64,000 nt of DNA from positions 51,311 through 115,310 of the forward strand of contig JAVKJW010000005.1 in assembly GCA_031458695.1 (NCBI GenBank). Reading direction: 5' to 3'. The notes under the pieces are model-generated. The model saw only the letters and a list, made by a program, of their open reading frames with translations, was not told the origin of the DNA and did not search any database. The position numbers and the translations under genes are program-made. Shown one piece after another: positions 7,800 to 17,932 of this stretch. Every line of letters starts with the position of its first letter. The first letter of the stretch is position 1. Source of the DNA: Candidatus Thermofontivivens primus. Lineage in GTDB: Bacteria > Sysuimicrobiota > Sysuimicrobiia > Sysuimicrobiales > Thermofontiviventaceae.

Positions 7800-10586
7800 T
7801 TGACGGAACGCGTCACTCCTATGCTCGAGCAGTACCGCCGCTTGAAGTCGCGGCACCCAGACGCTCTTCTTTTATTCCGCCTGGGTGATTTCTACGAGCT
7901 CTTTGAGGAAGATGCCCGCATCGCCGCGCGTGAACTCCAGCTCGTGCTCACGTCACGGTCGTTCAGCAAGGATGTGCGGCTCCCCATGTGCGGCGTCCCC
8001 CACCACTCTGTAACCTCCTACATCGCCCGCCTGATCGAACGAGGATACAAAGTAGCAGTCGTCGAGCAGTTGGAGGATCCCAGGAAGGCGAGAGGGCTCG
8101 TGAAACGGGATATCGTCCGGGTGATTACCCCCGGGACGGTGGTGGAGGAAGAGCTGCTCAAGGGATACCGGGAGAATTTCCTCGTAGCCATCGCCCACAG
8201 GAAGCAAGGATATGGGCTCTCCTTCGTGGATCTTTCCACGGGCGAGTTCGCCACCTGCCAGATCACCGGGCCGGGGGCCTGGGATCTCCTGATCGAAGAA
8301 CTCCACCGCTTGCGACCGAGCGAATACATTCTCCCCGAGGGCCTCAGCCGCGATGAACGAGTCCGGCAAACGCTCCTTGAGATCGGCCCTGCGCGTATCT
8401 CCCCCCTTGACGAGAAAGCGTTCGATCCCGAGATTGCGCGCGCCCGCCTCCTGGAACACTTTGGGGTGCTCTCCCTGGAAGCTTTTGGGTGTGCAGAGCT
8501 TCCGTTGGCCATCGCCGCGAGCGGAGCGATCCTCCAATACCTGAAAGAGAATCAACCCTCTGCCTTCCTGGATCCTCGCATCCAAGGGCAATCCCTCATG
8601 CACCTCCAACGCCTCGTCACGTACTCCCCTGAAGGATACATGCTCCTGGATGGGATCACTCGGCGCAACCTAGAGCTGACGGAGAGCCTGCGCGATGGAA
8701 CCACCCAGGGAAGCCTCCTTGATGTGCTGGATCATACCGTCACTCCCATGGGCAGGCGTCTCCTGCGAAGGTGGATCAATCAACCCCTTCTCGATCTCTC
8801 TCAGATCCACGAGCGCCTGGACGCGGTTGGGGAGCTCGTGGAGGACAACCTGTTCCGTGGGGACCTGGGTGCCGCCCTTGAGGGGATGTCCGATGTGGAA
8901 CGACTGACAGGCCGCATTGGGTTTGGGACTGCCAACGCCAGGGATCTCGTCGCCCTCAAGCGATCCCTCTTGCGCCTTCCCAGAATCAAGGAGGTGCTCC
9001 AGGGGGCGCGCACTGGACGGTTGGTCTTCCTACGAGAGAACCTGGATGACCTCCAGGATGTCTGCCGAACCATCGAGGAGGCCATTGTAGAGGATCCTCC
9101 CATCCAGCTCAAGGAAGGGGGGTTGATCAAGCCAGGATACAGCGCCGACCTGGATCACCTCCGGGAGGTGGCTGCGCGGGGGAAAGGCTGGCTGGCGGAA
9201 TTGGAGGCAGCCGAGCGGGCCCGTACCGGGATCAAGGGGCTACGGATCCGGTATAATGAGGTCTTCGGCTTCTTCCTCGAGGTGCCCAGGAGCCAGAGCC
9301 ACCTTGTCCCTCCGGAGTACGAGCGTCGGGCAACGATTACGCACGCCGAACGCTTCATCACTCCTGCGCTGCGCGCCAAAGAGGGAGAGATCTTGGGGGC
9401 GGAGGAACGGATCAGGGAGCTCGAGTACGAGCTCTTCGTGGAAGTTCGCACTAGGGTGGCGAGGGAGGTCGCACGCCTCCAGGAAACGGCAAGGATCTTG
9501 GCTGAGCTTGACGTGCTTGCCTCTCTGGCAGAGGCCGCAGCGCGATATGGGTATGTGAAGCCAATCGTCGATGAGGGCGATGAGATCGAGATCCGGGAGG
9601 GACGCCACCCCGTGGTGGAGCGCTATCTCCCAGAAGGGAAGCGGTTCGTCCCGAACGATACCATGCTCAACCTCACCCATCACCGCCTGATCCTCCTCAC
9701 CGGGCCCAACATGTCAGGCAAATCGGTGTACATCCGGCAGGTCGCCTTGATCGTATTGATGGCCCAGATGGGGAGCTTTGTCCCAGCTTCCCACGCCCGG
9801 ATCGGGCTTGTGGACCGCATCTTCAGCCGAGTGGGGGCGACGGACGACATCTCGCAAGGGAGGAGCACTTTCCTTGTGGAGATGAGCGAGACGAGTTATA
9901 TCCTACACCACGCAACTACCCGGAGTCTTGTCATTCTTGATGAAGTAGGGAGGGGTACAAGCACCTACGATGGGATCAGCCTCGCCTGGGCGGTGGCGGA
10001 GTACTTGCACAACCACATCGGTGCGAAAACGCTCTTTGCCACGCACTTCCACGAGCTGACTCGCCTCGCTGGCAAGACAGGGGAGGAGGGGAGGTCCGGG
10101 CAACTTGGCAAGAGGGTCGGCAGAAGGTTCGTTCCCATGCCGCACCCTCAACTCCCAGGAGCGAAGAACTACACCATGGCTGTGAAGGAGCAGGGAAGCG
10201 AGATCCTCTTCCTGTACCGGGTGATCCCAGGGACCACGGATCGGAGCTACGGGATCCATGTGGCTCAGCTTGCCGGCCTTCCTGCTCCAGTGATCTCCAG
10301 GGCTCAGGAGATCCTCCAGATACTGGAACGGGCGAACGGCGCGGTTCCGCTCAGAGAGGGAGAAGGGGAAGTGATCCCATTCCCGCGGGTCGACGAGGCG
10401 CGCGGGAAGGTCTTGGATACCCTCGCCAGCGTGGACATTGCATCGACGACCCCTCTTGAGGCGTTGAACCTCTTGTATCATTTGCAGCAACAGGTTCGTG
10501 AGGCCAGGGTCCAGGGGATGGAGCACCTCAGGAGGGGACCTCGCCAAGATCTCCCGAGAGATTTTGGTGAGGTGGCACCGCGATGA
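7800..10586 (+). CDS. mutS: DNA mismatch repair protein MutS
   Basis: TPMLEQY, GDFYELF, TGPNMSGKS, STFLVEM, DEVGRGTST, FATHFHEL, SYGIHVA; TTG start after GGGAGGT (ATG at 7821 is an alternative). Confidence 0.97.
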   Translation: MTERVTPMLEQYRRLKSRHPDALLLFRLGDFYELFEEDARIAARELQLVLTSRSFSKDVRLPMCGVPHHSVTSYIARLIERGYKVAVVEQLEDPRKARGLVKRDIVRVITPGTVVEEELLKGYRENFLVAIAHRKQGYGLSFVDLSTGEFATCQITGPGAWDLLIEELHRLRPSEYILPEGLSRDERVRQTLLEIGPARISPLDEKAFDPEIARARLLEHFGVLSLEAFGCAELPLAIAASGAILQYLKENQPSAFLDPRIQGQSLMHLQRLVTYSPEGYMLLDGITRRNLELTESLRDGTTQGSLLDVLDHTVTPMGRRLLRRWINQPLLDLSQIHERLDAVGELVEDNLFRGDLGAALEGMSDVERLTGRIGFGTANARDLVALKRSLLRLPRIKEVLQGARTGRLVFLRENLDDLQDVCRTIEEAIVEDPPIQLKEGGLIKPGYSADLDHLREVAARGKGWLAELEAAERARTGIKGLRIRYNEVFGFFLEVPRSQSHLVPPEYERRATITHAERFITPALRAKEGEILGAEERIRELEYELFVEVRTRVAREVARLQETARILAELDVLASLAEAAARYGYVKPIVDEGDEIEIREGRHPVVERYLPEGKRFVPNDTMLNLTHHRLILLTGPNMSGKSVYIRQVALIVLMAQMGSFVPASHARIGLVDRIFSRVGATDDISQGRSTFLVEMSETSYILHHATTRSLVILDEVGRGTSTYDGISLAWAVAEYLHNHIGAKTLFATHFHELTRLAGKTGEEGRSGQLGKRVGRRFVPMPHPQLPGAKNYTMAVKEQGSEILFLYRVIPGTTDRSYGIHVAQLAGLPAPVISRAQEILQILERANGAVPLREGEGEVIPFPRVDEARGKVLDTLASVDIASTTPLEALNLLYHLQQQVREARVQGMEHLRRGPRQDLPRDFGEVAPR

Positions 10587-12202
10587 CCATCCGCATCCTG
10601 GACCGTTCCGTGGTCGAGCGCATCGCCGCGGGAGAGGTTATCGAACGTCCAGCCTCTGTGGTCAAAGAACTGATTGAGAACGCCCTTGACGCCGGCAGCA
10701 CGGCGATCCACGTAGAGATCCTCGACGGCGGCCTCTCCTATATCCGGGTCAGCGACAACGGGTGTGGGATGACTGCAGAGGACGCGGTGTTGGCCTTAGA
10801 GCGCTTCGCCACGAGCAAGATCTCTTCAAGCGAGGACCTAGATAAGATCCGTACGCTAGGGTTCCGAGGAGAGGCCCTACCGAGCATCGCATCAGTGAGC
10901 CGCCTGGAGCTTGTGACACGGGCCTCCCCTGCACCAGAGGGGAGGCGCCTGATCGCGGAGGGAGGGGCGGTTACCGTTGAGGCGGCCGCTAGTCCTGTGG
11001 GGACCAGCGTCACAGTCCGCGACCTCTTCTACAATACCCCTGCACGCCGGAAGTTCCTCAAATCTCCTCTGAGGGAGGCCGAGCTGGTGCAGAGGACGGT
11101 CCTCCGGTACGCCCTCGCCTACCCGCAAGTTGCCTTTCGCCTCACCATTGACAGAAGAGAGAGCCTAGTACTCCCCCAAGGGAAGCTCCTGGATCGGATC
11201 GCTGCCCTGTGGGGGAGGGAGGTTGCTTCGGAGATGCTGGAGGTCCAGTGGGAGGGTGTTGATCTCCACGTGTGGGGGTATGTCAGCCGGCCTACCATCG
11301 CCAAGGCAAGCCGGGAATTCCAACACCTCTTTGTCAACGGCCGGCCAGTACGCCCAGGATTTCTCTCTGTGGCCATAGAACGTCCCTACCATGGCCTCCT
11401 CCCGCCGGGGAGGCACCCTCTCGCGGTCCTCTCCCTGGTGATCCACCCATCCCTCGTCGATGTGAACGTCCACCCCCAAAAGGCGGAGATTCGGTTCCTC
11501 CAGGAGAGGTCAGTCTACTGGGCGATTTCGCAGGCGATCGGAAAGGCGCTCTCTCGCATTTCCCCTGAAGAGATTCCCCAGCAGGCTTGGCCATTCCCCG
11601 AAAGTAGGGCTGAGGAAGTTCGAGAAACCCCCACCCCCTACATTGGAGACCTCCGTGTCTTGGGCCAGCTACACCACACCTATATCCTTGCGATAGATCC
11701 TCAAGGGCTCTGGATTGTGGACCAACATGCCGCCCACGAGCAGGTTCTCTTTGAGCGGATCCTCAAAAACCCTAGCCCTGTGATCCTTTCCCCGCCAGTG
11801 AGCCTCCAGGTCCCCCCTCGGGAAGGGGAACTCCTGCGTACCTTCCAGGAAGTTCTTGAGGCGATTGGCGTCGAGATGGAACCATTTGGGGGCCAGACCA
11901 TTCTCATCCGCTCCGTCCCTGAGGTTGCTAAAACCGTAGACCTCACCGAGCTCCTAGTCGAAATCGGCGGAGTTCTTGATCGCTACAGAGGTAGTCTCTC
12001 TGAACACCTCCGAGAGCAGTTGGCAATGAAGGTTGCATGCATCGCTGCCTATAAGAGCGGGGATCCTCTTACTCGTGAGCAGATGCAATCCCTTCTGGAC
12101 GAGCTCCAGACCGCCTGGTCCCCTGCAACCTGCCCTCACGGCCGGCCAACCTTCGTGATCCTCTCCGTGGAGGAATTGGAGCGGAGGTTTCTGCGGAGAT
12201 GA
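10583..12202 (+). CDS. mutL: DNA mismatch repair endonuclease MutL
   Basis: IAAGEVIERPASVVKELIEN, GFRGEAL, DVNVHP, DQHAAHE, CPHGRP. Confidence 0.97.
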   Translation: MTIRILDRSVVERIAAGEVIERPASVVKELIENALDAGSTAIHVEILDGGLSYIRVSDNGCGMTAEDAVLALERFATSKISSSEDLDKIRTLGFRGEALPSIASVSRLELVTRASPAPEGRRLIAEGGAVTVEAAASPVGTSVTVRDLFYNTPARRKFLKSPLREAELVQRTVLRYALAYPQVAFRLTIDRRESLVLPQGKLLDRIAALWGREVASEMLEVQWEGVDLHVWGYVSRPTIAKASREFQHLFVNGRPVRPGFLSVAIERPYHGLLPPGRHPLAVLSLVIHPSLVDVNVHPQKAEIRFLQERSVYWAISQAIGKALSRISPEEIPQQAWPFPESRAEEVRETPTPYIGDLRVLGQLHHTYILAIDPQGLWIVDQHAAHEQVLFERILKNPSPVILSPPVSLQVPPREGELLRTFQEVLEAIGVEMEPFGGQTILIRSVPEVAKTVDLTELLVEIGGVLDRYRGSLSEHLREQLAMKVACIAAYKSGDPLTREQMQSLLDELQTAWSPATCPHGRPTFVILSVEELERRFLRR

Positions 12203-13152
12203 TCCCACATGGTCCTTTGATCGTCATCTGTGGCCCCACGGCGGTCGGGAAGACCGCTGCGAGTATCGAGGTTGCCAAGGCAATTGGGGGAGAGATCATC
12301 TGTGCAGATTCGCGGACTGTCTACCGATACATGGATATTGGGACCGCCAAGCCGACGGAGGATCAGCGGCGGCAGGTTCCCCATCACCTCCTGGACGTAG
12401 CTGACCCCTCCGAAGTCTTCACCGTCGTCCAGTTCGTGGCAATGGCCGAGGAGGCCATCCGGAGCATTCATGAAAAGGGGAAGGTTCCCCTTCTGGTAGG
12501 GGGTACGGGCCTCTACATCCGTGCGGTAGTGGACGGGCTGACGATCCCAATGGTTCCCCCGAACTGGGAGCTTCGGTCCCGCCTGGAGGAGGAGGCAAGG
12601 AAGTTCGGACCAGAGGCCTTGCACCGCCGGCTCGCCGAGACTGACCCCGTCGCGGCACAACGCATTCACCCTGGAAACGTCCGGAGGGTCATCCGAGCGC
12701 TGGAGGTGTACGCGGCCACAGGTCGTCCCATCTCTTCCATGCAGTCCCGCAAAGGATCTCCCTATACTGTCACCATGATCGGCCTTACCCTGGACCGGCC
12801 AAAGCTCTATGCACGCATCGCAGACAGAGTCTATACACAAATCCACCAGGGCCTCGTGGAGGAAGTCAGAAGCCTCCTTGCGCGGGGATATTCCCGAGAG
12901 CTCCCTGCTATGCAAGGGCTCGGATACAAGGAGATTGCGGGGTACCTGCAGGGAGAGTACTCGCTGGAGGAGGCGATCCGGCGGGTGATTGTCAACACCC
13001 GCCGCTACGCCAAACGGCAGTTTACCTGGTTTCTCCGGGATCCCCGGATCCAGTGGATCGACGTGGACGATCTTTCTCCCCCTGAAATAGCAAGGAGGAT
13101 CCTCGGCTTGCTGGGGGAGATTGGAGCTCGGGGGAAGAGTGTGGTACCATGA
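12199..13152 (+). CDS. miaA: tRNA dimethylallyltransferase MiaA
   Basis: GPTAVGKT, DSRTVYRYMDIGTAKP, VGGTGLY, TRRYAKRQFTW. Confidence 0.97.
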   Translation: MIPHGPLIVICGPTAVGKTAASIEVAKAIGGEIICADSRTVYRYMDIGTAKPTEDQRRQVPHHLLDVADPSEVFTVVQFVAMAEEAIRSIHEKGKVPLLVGGTGLYIRAVVDGLTIPMVPPNWELRSRLEEEARKFGPEALHRRLAETDPVAAQRIHPGNVRRVIRALEVYAATGRPISSMQSRKGSPYTVTMIGLTLDRPKLYARIADRVYTQIHQGLVEEVRSLLARGYSRELPAMQGLGYKEIAGYLQGEYSLEEAIRRVIVNTRRYAKRQFTWFLRDPRIQWIDVDDLSPPEIARRILGLLGEIGARGKSVVP

Positions 13153-13256
13153 GGCAAATAGATGGAACAAGGAGGCGGATTCGCTCGCCCAGCGAAGGAG
13201 TCTTGGCGTAATCTTTTGGTAAGACCTCTTAAGGGTACTGGAGGGGAGGAAAGGGT

Positions 13257-14429
13257 ATGGAGTCCAAGAGGTTACAGCGAGTCCCAAGTTACCTGTTCAG
13301 CGATCTTGACCGGAAACAGGAGGCTCTGCAAGCCCAGGGAATGGATGTGATCAACCTGGGGGTAGGGGACCCTGATCTCCCCCCGCCTCCTCATGTCGTA
13401 GAAGCGCTGCGGCAGGCACTCAACGAACCGGCAAACCACCGGTATCCCCCTTACGCGGGAACGAAGGAGTTCCGGGAGGCGGTTGCCCAGTGGTACCAGC
13501 GAAGGTTTGGGGTGAGCCTGGATCCAGACCGCGAGGTACTCGCACTGATCGGTTCCAAAGAAGGACTGGCTCATCTCCCGTGGGCCCTCCTCGACCCTGG
13601 CGACGTTGCGCTTGTACCCGACCCAGGTTACCCGGTGTATAAGACAGCTGTCTTGCTGGCAGATGGGGAACCCTTCCCAGTTCCATTAGATCCTCAAAGT
13701 GGCTTCCTTCCTGATTTGGAGACTATCCCTCCAGAGATTGCACGGAGGGCGAAGGTCTTCTTTCTGAATTATCCAAACAATCCTACAGCAGGTGTAGCAA
13801 CCAAGGAGTTCTTCAGGGACCTTGTGAAGTTTGCACAAGATTATGGTATTATCCTTGTGCAGGATAACTCCTATTCTGAGATCGCCTATGATGGATATAG
13901 ACCCCCGAGCCTCCTAGAGGTCGAGGGGGCCAAAGAGGTAGGGATTGAATTCCACTCGCTCTCTAAGACATACTGTATCACGGGGTGGCGCATTGGGTTT
14001 GTCGTGGGCAATCCCAAGGTGGTAGGAGCGCTTGGGAAGCTCAAGACGAACCTAGACTCGGGAGTGTTCCGGGCAATCCAACATGCGGGAACGGTGGCCC
14101 TCAATGGGCCTCAGGACGAGGTCCTCAAGCGGTTGGAGGTCTTCCAACGGCGCAGGGATCTTGTGGTCAACCGCCTCCGGGAACTTGGGTGGGAGGTGCC
14201 GCTTCCCAAAGCAACGTTTTATATCTGGCTCCGAACCCCCGATGGTTCAACTGCGAGAACCTTCGCAGAGACCGTGTTGATGCGGACCGGGGTGGTGGTC
14301 ACTCCTGGAAGCGGGTATGGTGAGAGGGGAGAAGGATATGTCCGCCTCTCGATCACTGTACCCGATGCCCGCCTTGAGGAAGCCCTCAACCGGATCACCG
14401 AAGCATTCAAGGGCTTCGGGCAAGGTTGA
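13257..14429 (+). CDS. dapL: LL-diaminopimelate aminotransferase (class I/II PLP aminotransferase)
   Basis: GVGDPD, GSKEGLAH, NYPNNPT, EFHSLSKTY..TGWRIG, TPGSGYG..GEGYVR. Confidence 0.8.
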   Translation: MESKRLQRVPSYLFSDLDRKQEALQAQGMDVINLGVGDPDLPPPPHVVEALRQALNEPANHRYPPYAGTKEFREAVAQWYQRRFGVSLDPDREVLALIGSKEGLAHLPWALLDPGDVALVPDPGYPVYKTAVLLADGEPFPVPLDPQSGFLPDLETIPPEIARRAKVFFLNYPNNPTAGVATKEFFRDLVKFAQDYGIILVQDNSYSEIAYDGYRPPSLLEVEGAKEVGIEFHSLSKTYCITGWRIGFVVGNPKVVGALGKLKTNLDSGVFRAIQHAGTVALNGPQDEVLKRLEVFQRRRDLVVNRLRELGWEVPLPKATFYIWLRTPDGSTARTFAETVLMRTGVVVTPGSGYGERGEGYVRLSITVPDARLEEALNRITEAFKGFGQG

Positions 14430-14486
14430 TAGGTTCCTTCTGGGGTCACTGAAGATCGGCAGAGGCAGGGATTCACTAAAGGGGAG

Positions 14487-16301
14487 ATGGGAAGCCTGGA
14501 AAGGATCCATGGCCTGACGAAAGGGATCAAGGAAGAGCACCGGAAAGCTTTGGAAGCCCTCCGGGGGTTCACCATTCCTTCGAACGTCATTTGCACCCCA
14601 GAGCTTGCTGGAGAGATCGCCTACCTAAGTCACGTCATTGGGAGAGATGTGGGTGTCCTCGTGGACCGTCACGGATCGGTCCATGAGGTCGTACTTGGCC
14701 ACCGGTGGGGGTCGTGGTTAGAGGAGATCCCGCCACGGAGTGGCTCCCAACCACTTGCTGGGCTTCGCCTCATCGAGGCCCATCCCGTGAGGGACGGGAG
14801 GCCCACGGATGCGGAGCGAAGGCTCCTGTTTGACGCGGGCCTCGACCTCCTCGTCACTCTCGGTTCTGCCGATGGCTTGCCTACGGAGGCGTGGATCGCT
14901 ACTTTGGGGGCATGCGATGGTCGTCTCACCATCCATGAAGAGGGCCCCTACACCATGGACACCCTTGCGCACCTTGACCTCGCCTATCGCGTCCGCTCAG
15001 CCGAAAAAGCCCTCCGTTCCACTCTGTTGAGGCCTATCAGGGCTCCGACAAAGGAACGGGCAATTCTTGTGGCCCTTCAAAGGGGTGGAGGCGCGGATTG
15101 GGAGATAGAGGACTCCCTGGAGGAGCTCACCCGTCTTGCGGAGACCGCAGGAGCCCAGGTGGTGGGCGTGATCACCCAACAACGCAAGAGCCCTGATCCA
15201 GCCACGTTCATCGGTCGCGGGAAGGTCCAGGACGTTCTGCGTATGAGCGATGAAAAGGAAGCGAACCTGGTGATCTTTGACGATGAGCTTACCCCAGCAC
15301 AACAGCGGAACCTGGAGCAAGCACTTGGGCTCAAGGTCATCGACCGTACCGCGCTCGTCCTGGACATTTTTGCTCGGAGAGCGCGGACACGAGAGGGCCG
15401 TTTGCAAGTAGAACTCGCCCAGTTGCAGTATATGCTCCCACGCCTCGCAGGGAGGGGCGTCTGGCTTTCCCGCCTCGGAGGCGGCATTGGAACACGAGGC
15501 CCTGGCGAGACGAAACTGGAAGTGGACCGGAGGCATATTCGAAGCCGCATCACCGACTTGAAGCGAGAGATCCAGGAGATCAGCCGGCACCGTCGGCTCC
15601 ACCGGGAGGCCAGGAAGGAGGCGGTACTTCCGGTAGTGGCCCTTGTGGGGTACACCAACGCCGGCAAGTCGACCCTCCTAAATGCTCTCACCAACGCGAA
15701 TGCTTTCGTGGAGGACAAGCTCTTTGCCACACTGGATCCTCTCGTCCGGAAGGCGATCCTTCCCGATGGGCGAGCGGTCCTGTTCGTGGACACTGTCGGG
15801 TTCATCCGGAAGCTCCCCACCCAGCTCGTGGCAGCCTTCCGGGCAACTCTGGAGGAGGTTGTAGAATCCACCTTGCTTGTCCATGTCGTGGATGCCACCC
15901 ACCCGCGCAGGCTGGAGCAGGTTCAGGTGGTCAATGCGATTCTAGAGGAGCTAGGAGCTTTAGAAAAGCCCGTCGTATATGCCTTGAACAAGGTGGATGC
16001 ACTTTCTCCACAGGAAGTGCAAAGGATCCAGATGGAGATTCCCGAGGGCGTACCAGTCTCGGCGTTGTATCATAGAGGCCTTGCAGACCTCCTTGCGCGT
16101 ATCTCCGAGCGCCTCCCTGGTCGCCCTGAACGCCTTCACCTGCGGATTCCTTATACAAAAGCAAGGCTTCTAGCGGAAATTCGCGAGCGTGGGAAGGTCC
16201 TCGCAGAGGAGTTTAAAGAGGAGTGGATAGAGATAGAGGCAGAGGTACCCCCCGCGGCAGCGAACCAGCTCAGAGCTTTCTTGCACGCCGAAACGCAGTA
16301 G
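14487..16301 (+). CDS. hflX: GTPase HflX with N-terminal extension
   Basis: GGGIGTRGPGETKLE, GYTNAGKS, LFATLD, DTVGFI, NKVD. Confidence 0.95.
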   Translation: MGSLERIHGLTKGIKEEHRKALEALRGFTIPSNVICTPELAGEIAYLSHVIGRDVGVLVDRHGSVHEVVLGHRWGSWLEEIPPRSGSQPLAGLRLIEAHPVRDGRPTDAERRLLFDAGLDLLVTLGSADGLPTEAWIATLGACDGRLTIHEEGPYTMDTLAHLDLAYRVRSAEKALRSTLLRPIRAPTKERAILVALQRGGGADWEIEDSLEELTRLAETAGAQVVGVITQQRKSPDPATFIGRGKVQDVLRMSDEKEANLVIFDDELTPAQQRNLEQALGLKVIDRTALVLDIFARRARTREGRLQVELAQLQYMLPRLAGRGVWLSRLGGGIGTRGPGETKLEVDRRHIRSRITDLKREIQEISRHRRLHREARKEAVLPVVALVGYTNAGKSTLLNALTNANAFVEDKLFATLDPLVRKAILPDGRAVLFVDTVGFIRKLPTQLVAAFRATLEEVVESTLLVHVVDATHPRRLEQVQVVNAILEELGALEKPVVYALNKVDALSPQEVQRIQMEIPEGVPVSALYHRGLADLLARISERLPGRPERLHLRIPYTKARLLAEIRERGKVLAEEFKEEWIEIEAEVPPAAANQLRAFLHAETQ

Positions 16302-16309
16302 GGATTTAT

Positions 16310-16924
16310 CTAATGCAAACGCCGGATGAGTGCAATAGCTTTCCCCAGGATGACCACGTCCCGGACGAGAATGGGCTCCATGGCGGGGTTTTCTGGTTGC
16401 AACCGGATGTACTCGCGCTCCTTGTAGAATCGCTTGACTGTCGCTTCGTCCTCCAGAAGGGCAACGACGATATCTCCGTTCTCGGCAGTCTGTTGCCTGC
16501 GTACCAGAAGAAGATCACCGTCGAAGATCCCGGCACCGACCATGCTGTCGCCACGAACGCGGAGTAGGAAAACTTCCTCGCCACGCACGAAATCCCAAGG
16601 AAGAGGGAAGACATCTTCGATATTCTCCACGGCGAGAATAGGCTGCCCTGCCGTGACCCGGCCGATAATCGGAACGGGCACAACCCGCTTCATGGGAAGG
16701 CTTGTCTCATCACGGAGGATCTCGATGGCTCGGGGTTTTGTGGGATCCCGGTGGATATATCCTTTCTTTTCCAAGGCGGCAAGGTGGCTGTGGACCGTTG
16801 AGCTGCTGGTCAGTCCAAGGGCGCGCCCGATCTCCCGCACTGAGGGTGGATATCCTCGGGAACGTGTGTACTCCTGGATATACGAGAGGATTTCCCGCTG
16901 CCGTTTTGTCAGGGCTTTGCTCAT
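16310..16924 (-). CDS. lexA: SOS repressor LexA
   Basis: [16 protein letters not shown], Ala-Gly cleavage site [29 protein letters not shown]. Confidence 0.97.
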   Translation of the reverse strand: MSKALTKRQREILSYIQEYTRSRGYPPSVREIGRALGLTSSSTVHSHLAALEKKGYIHRDPTKPRAIEILRDETSLPMKRVVPVPIIGRVTAGQPILAVENIEDVFPLPWDFVRGEEVFLLRVRGDSMVGAGIFDGDLLLVRRQQTAENGDIVVALLEDEATVKRFYKEREYIRLQPENPAMEPILVRDVVILGKAIALIRRLH

Positions 16925-16958
16925 AGGAAGCCCTCCTTCTGAAGTCTTCACCGGGCAG

Positions 16959-16998
16959 ATTATACCACAACTTCCATCTTTTGGCAAACATTTGTTCG
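16959..16998 (-). promoter_or_regulatory. lexA sigma70 promoter with overlapping SOS box
   Basis: Minus strand TTGCCA-17 nt-TATAAT with extended -10 TG; CGAACAAATGTTTG (16985-16998, one mismatch to CGAAC-N4-GTTCG) overlaps the -35. Confidence 0.85.
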
Positions 16999-17134
16999 CA
17001 AAGAACTTATTTCGCATAATGTTTATTATGTAAACAACCTTCTTTGAGAAGGGCGTTGAGGTATCGCTCCCCGCTGAGGAGTAAAATAAAGGCCGGAGCC
17101 ACACCTTCTCCTCGCGAATGGTAGGGTCGACAGG

Positions 17135-17932
17135 ATGGCAAGGGCATGGATCGGTACTTCAGGATATAACTATGCCCACTGGGAGGGAGTCTTCTATCCT
17201 CAAGGGTTGCCAGCACGTAAGTGGCTTTCTTACTATGCTCAGAGGTTTTCCATCGTCGAGTTGAACGTCACGTTTTACCGACTTCCACAGAAGAAAACCT
17301 TTGAGACGTGGGCGAAGACAGCGCCTGAAGGGTTTGTCTTTGTTCTCAAAGGGAGCCGTTTCATTACGCACATTAAGCGGTTAAAGGAAACGGAAAGCTC
17401 TCTCTATATCCTGTTCGACCAGTCCTCACCTCTTGCGGACAGGATCGCCGCCGTCCTCTGGCAGCTCCCTCCACGCTTCCGGGCGGACCTGGAACGCCTG
17501 GAAAGCTTCCTGCAGGCTCTGCGCGCTTCTCCCTTGGCCCAGCGCTACCGCCATGCTTTCGAGTTCCGGGATATGACGTGGTTCCGCGATGACATCTACG
17601 AGATCTTGAAAAAGCACAATGTCGCCCTCGTCCTTGCAGATTGGCCCTTCCAGGTGCTCGGGCCAGGGATGAAAGCCCAGCACATTGACAGGGAGGCGAT
17701 CCAGGTCCCCCATACTGCCAATTTCGTCTATCTCCGCCGACACGGGCCCGGGGCGCTGTTCAGCAGCAACTACCCGGAGAGGATGATCAAATCTGACGCA
17801 GAGGCAATCCAGAAGTGGCTCGCGGAGGGCCGGGAGGTCTATTGTTTCTACAACAACGATGTCGCTGGCTATGCCGTCAAGAATGCGTTAAAGCTGAAGG
17901 AGCTGGTAGAAGGAAAGGGATCAGCGTCCTGA
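17135..17932 (+). CDS. DUF72 (YecE-like) family protein
   Basis: [10 protein letters not shown]...[35 protein letters not shown]. Confidence 0.9.
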   Translation: MARAWIGTSGYNYAHWEGVFYPQGLPARKWLSYYAQRFSIVELNVTFYRLPQKKTFETWAKTAPEGFVFVLKGSRFITHIKRLKETESSLYILFDQSSPLADRIAAVLWQLPPRFRADLERLESFLQALRASPLAQRYRHAFEFRDMTWFRDDIYEILKKHNVALVLADWPFQVLGPGMKAQHIDREAIQVPHTANFVYLRRHGPGALFSSNYPERMIKSDAEAIQKWLAEGREVYCFYNNDVAGYAVKNALKLKELVEGKGSAS

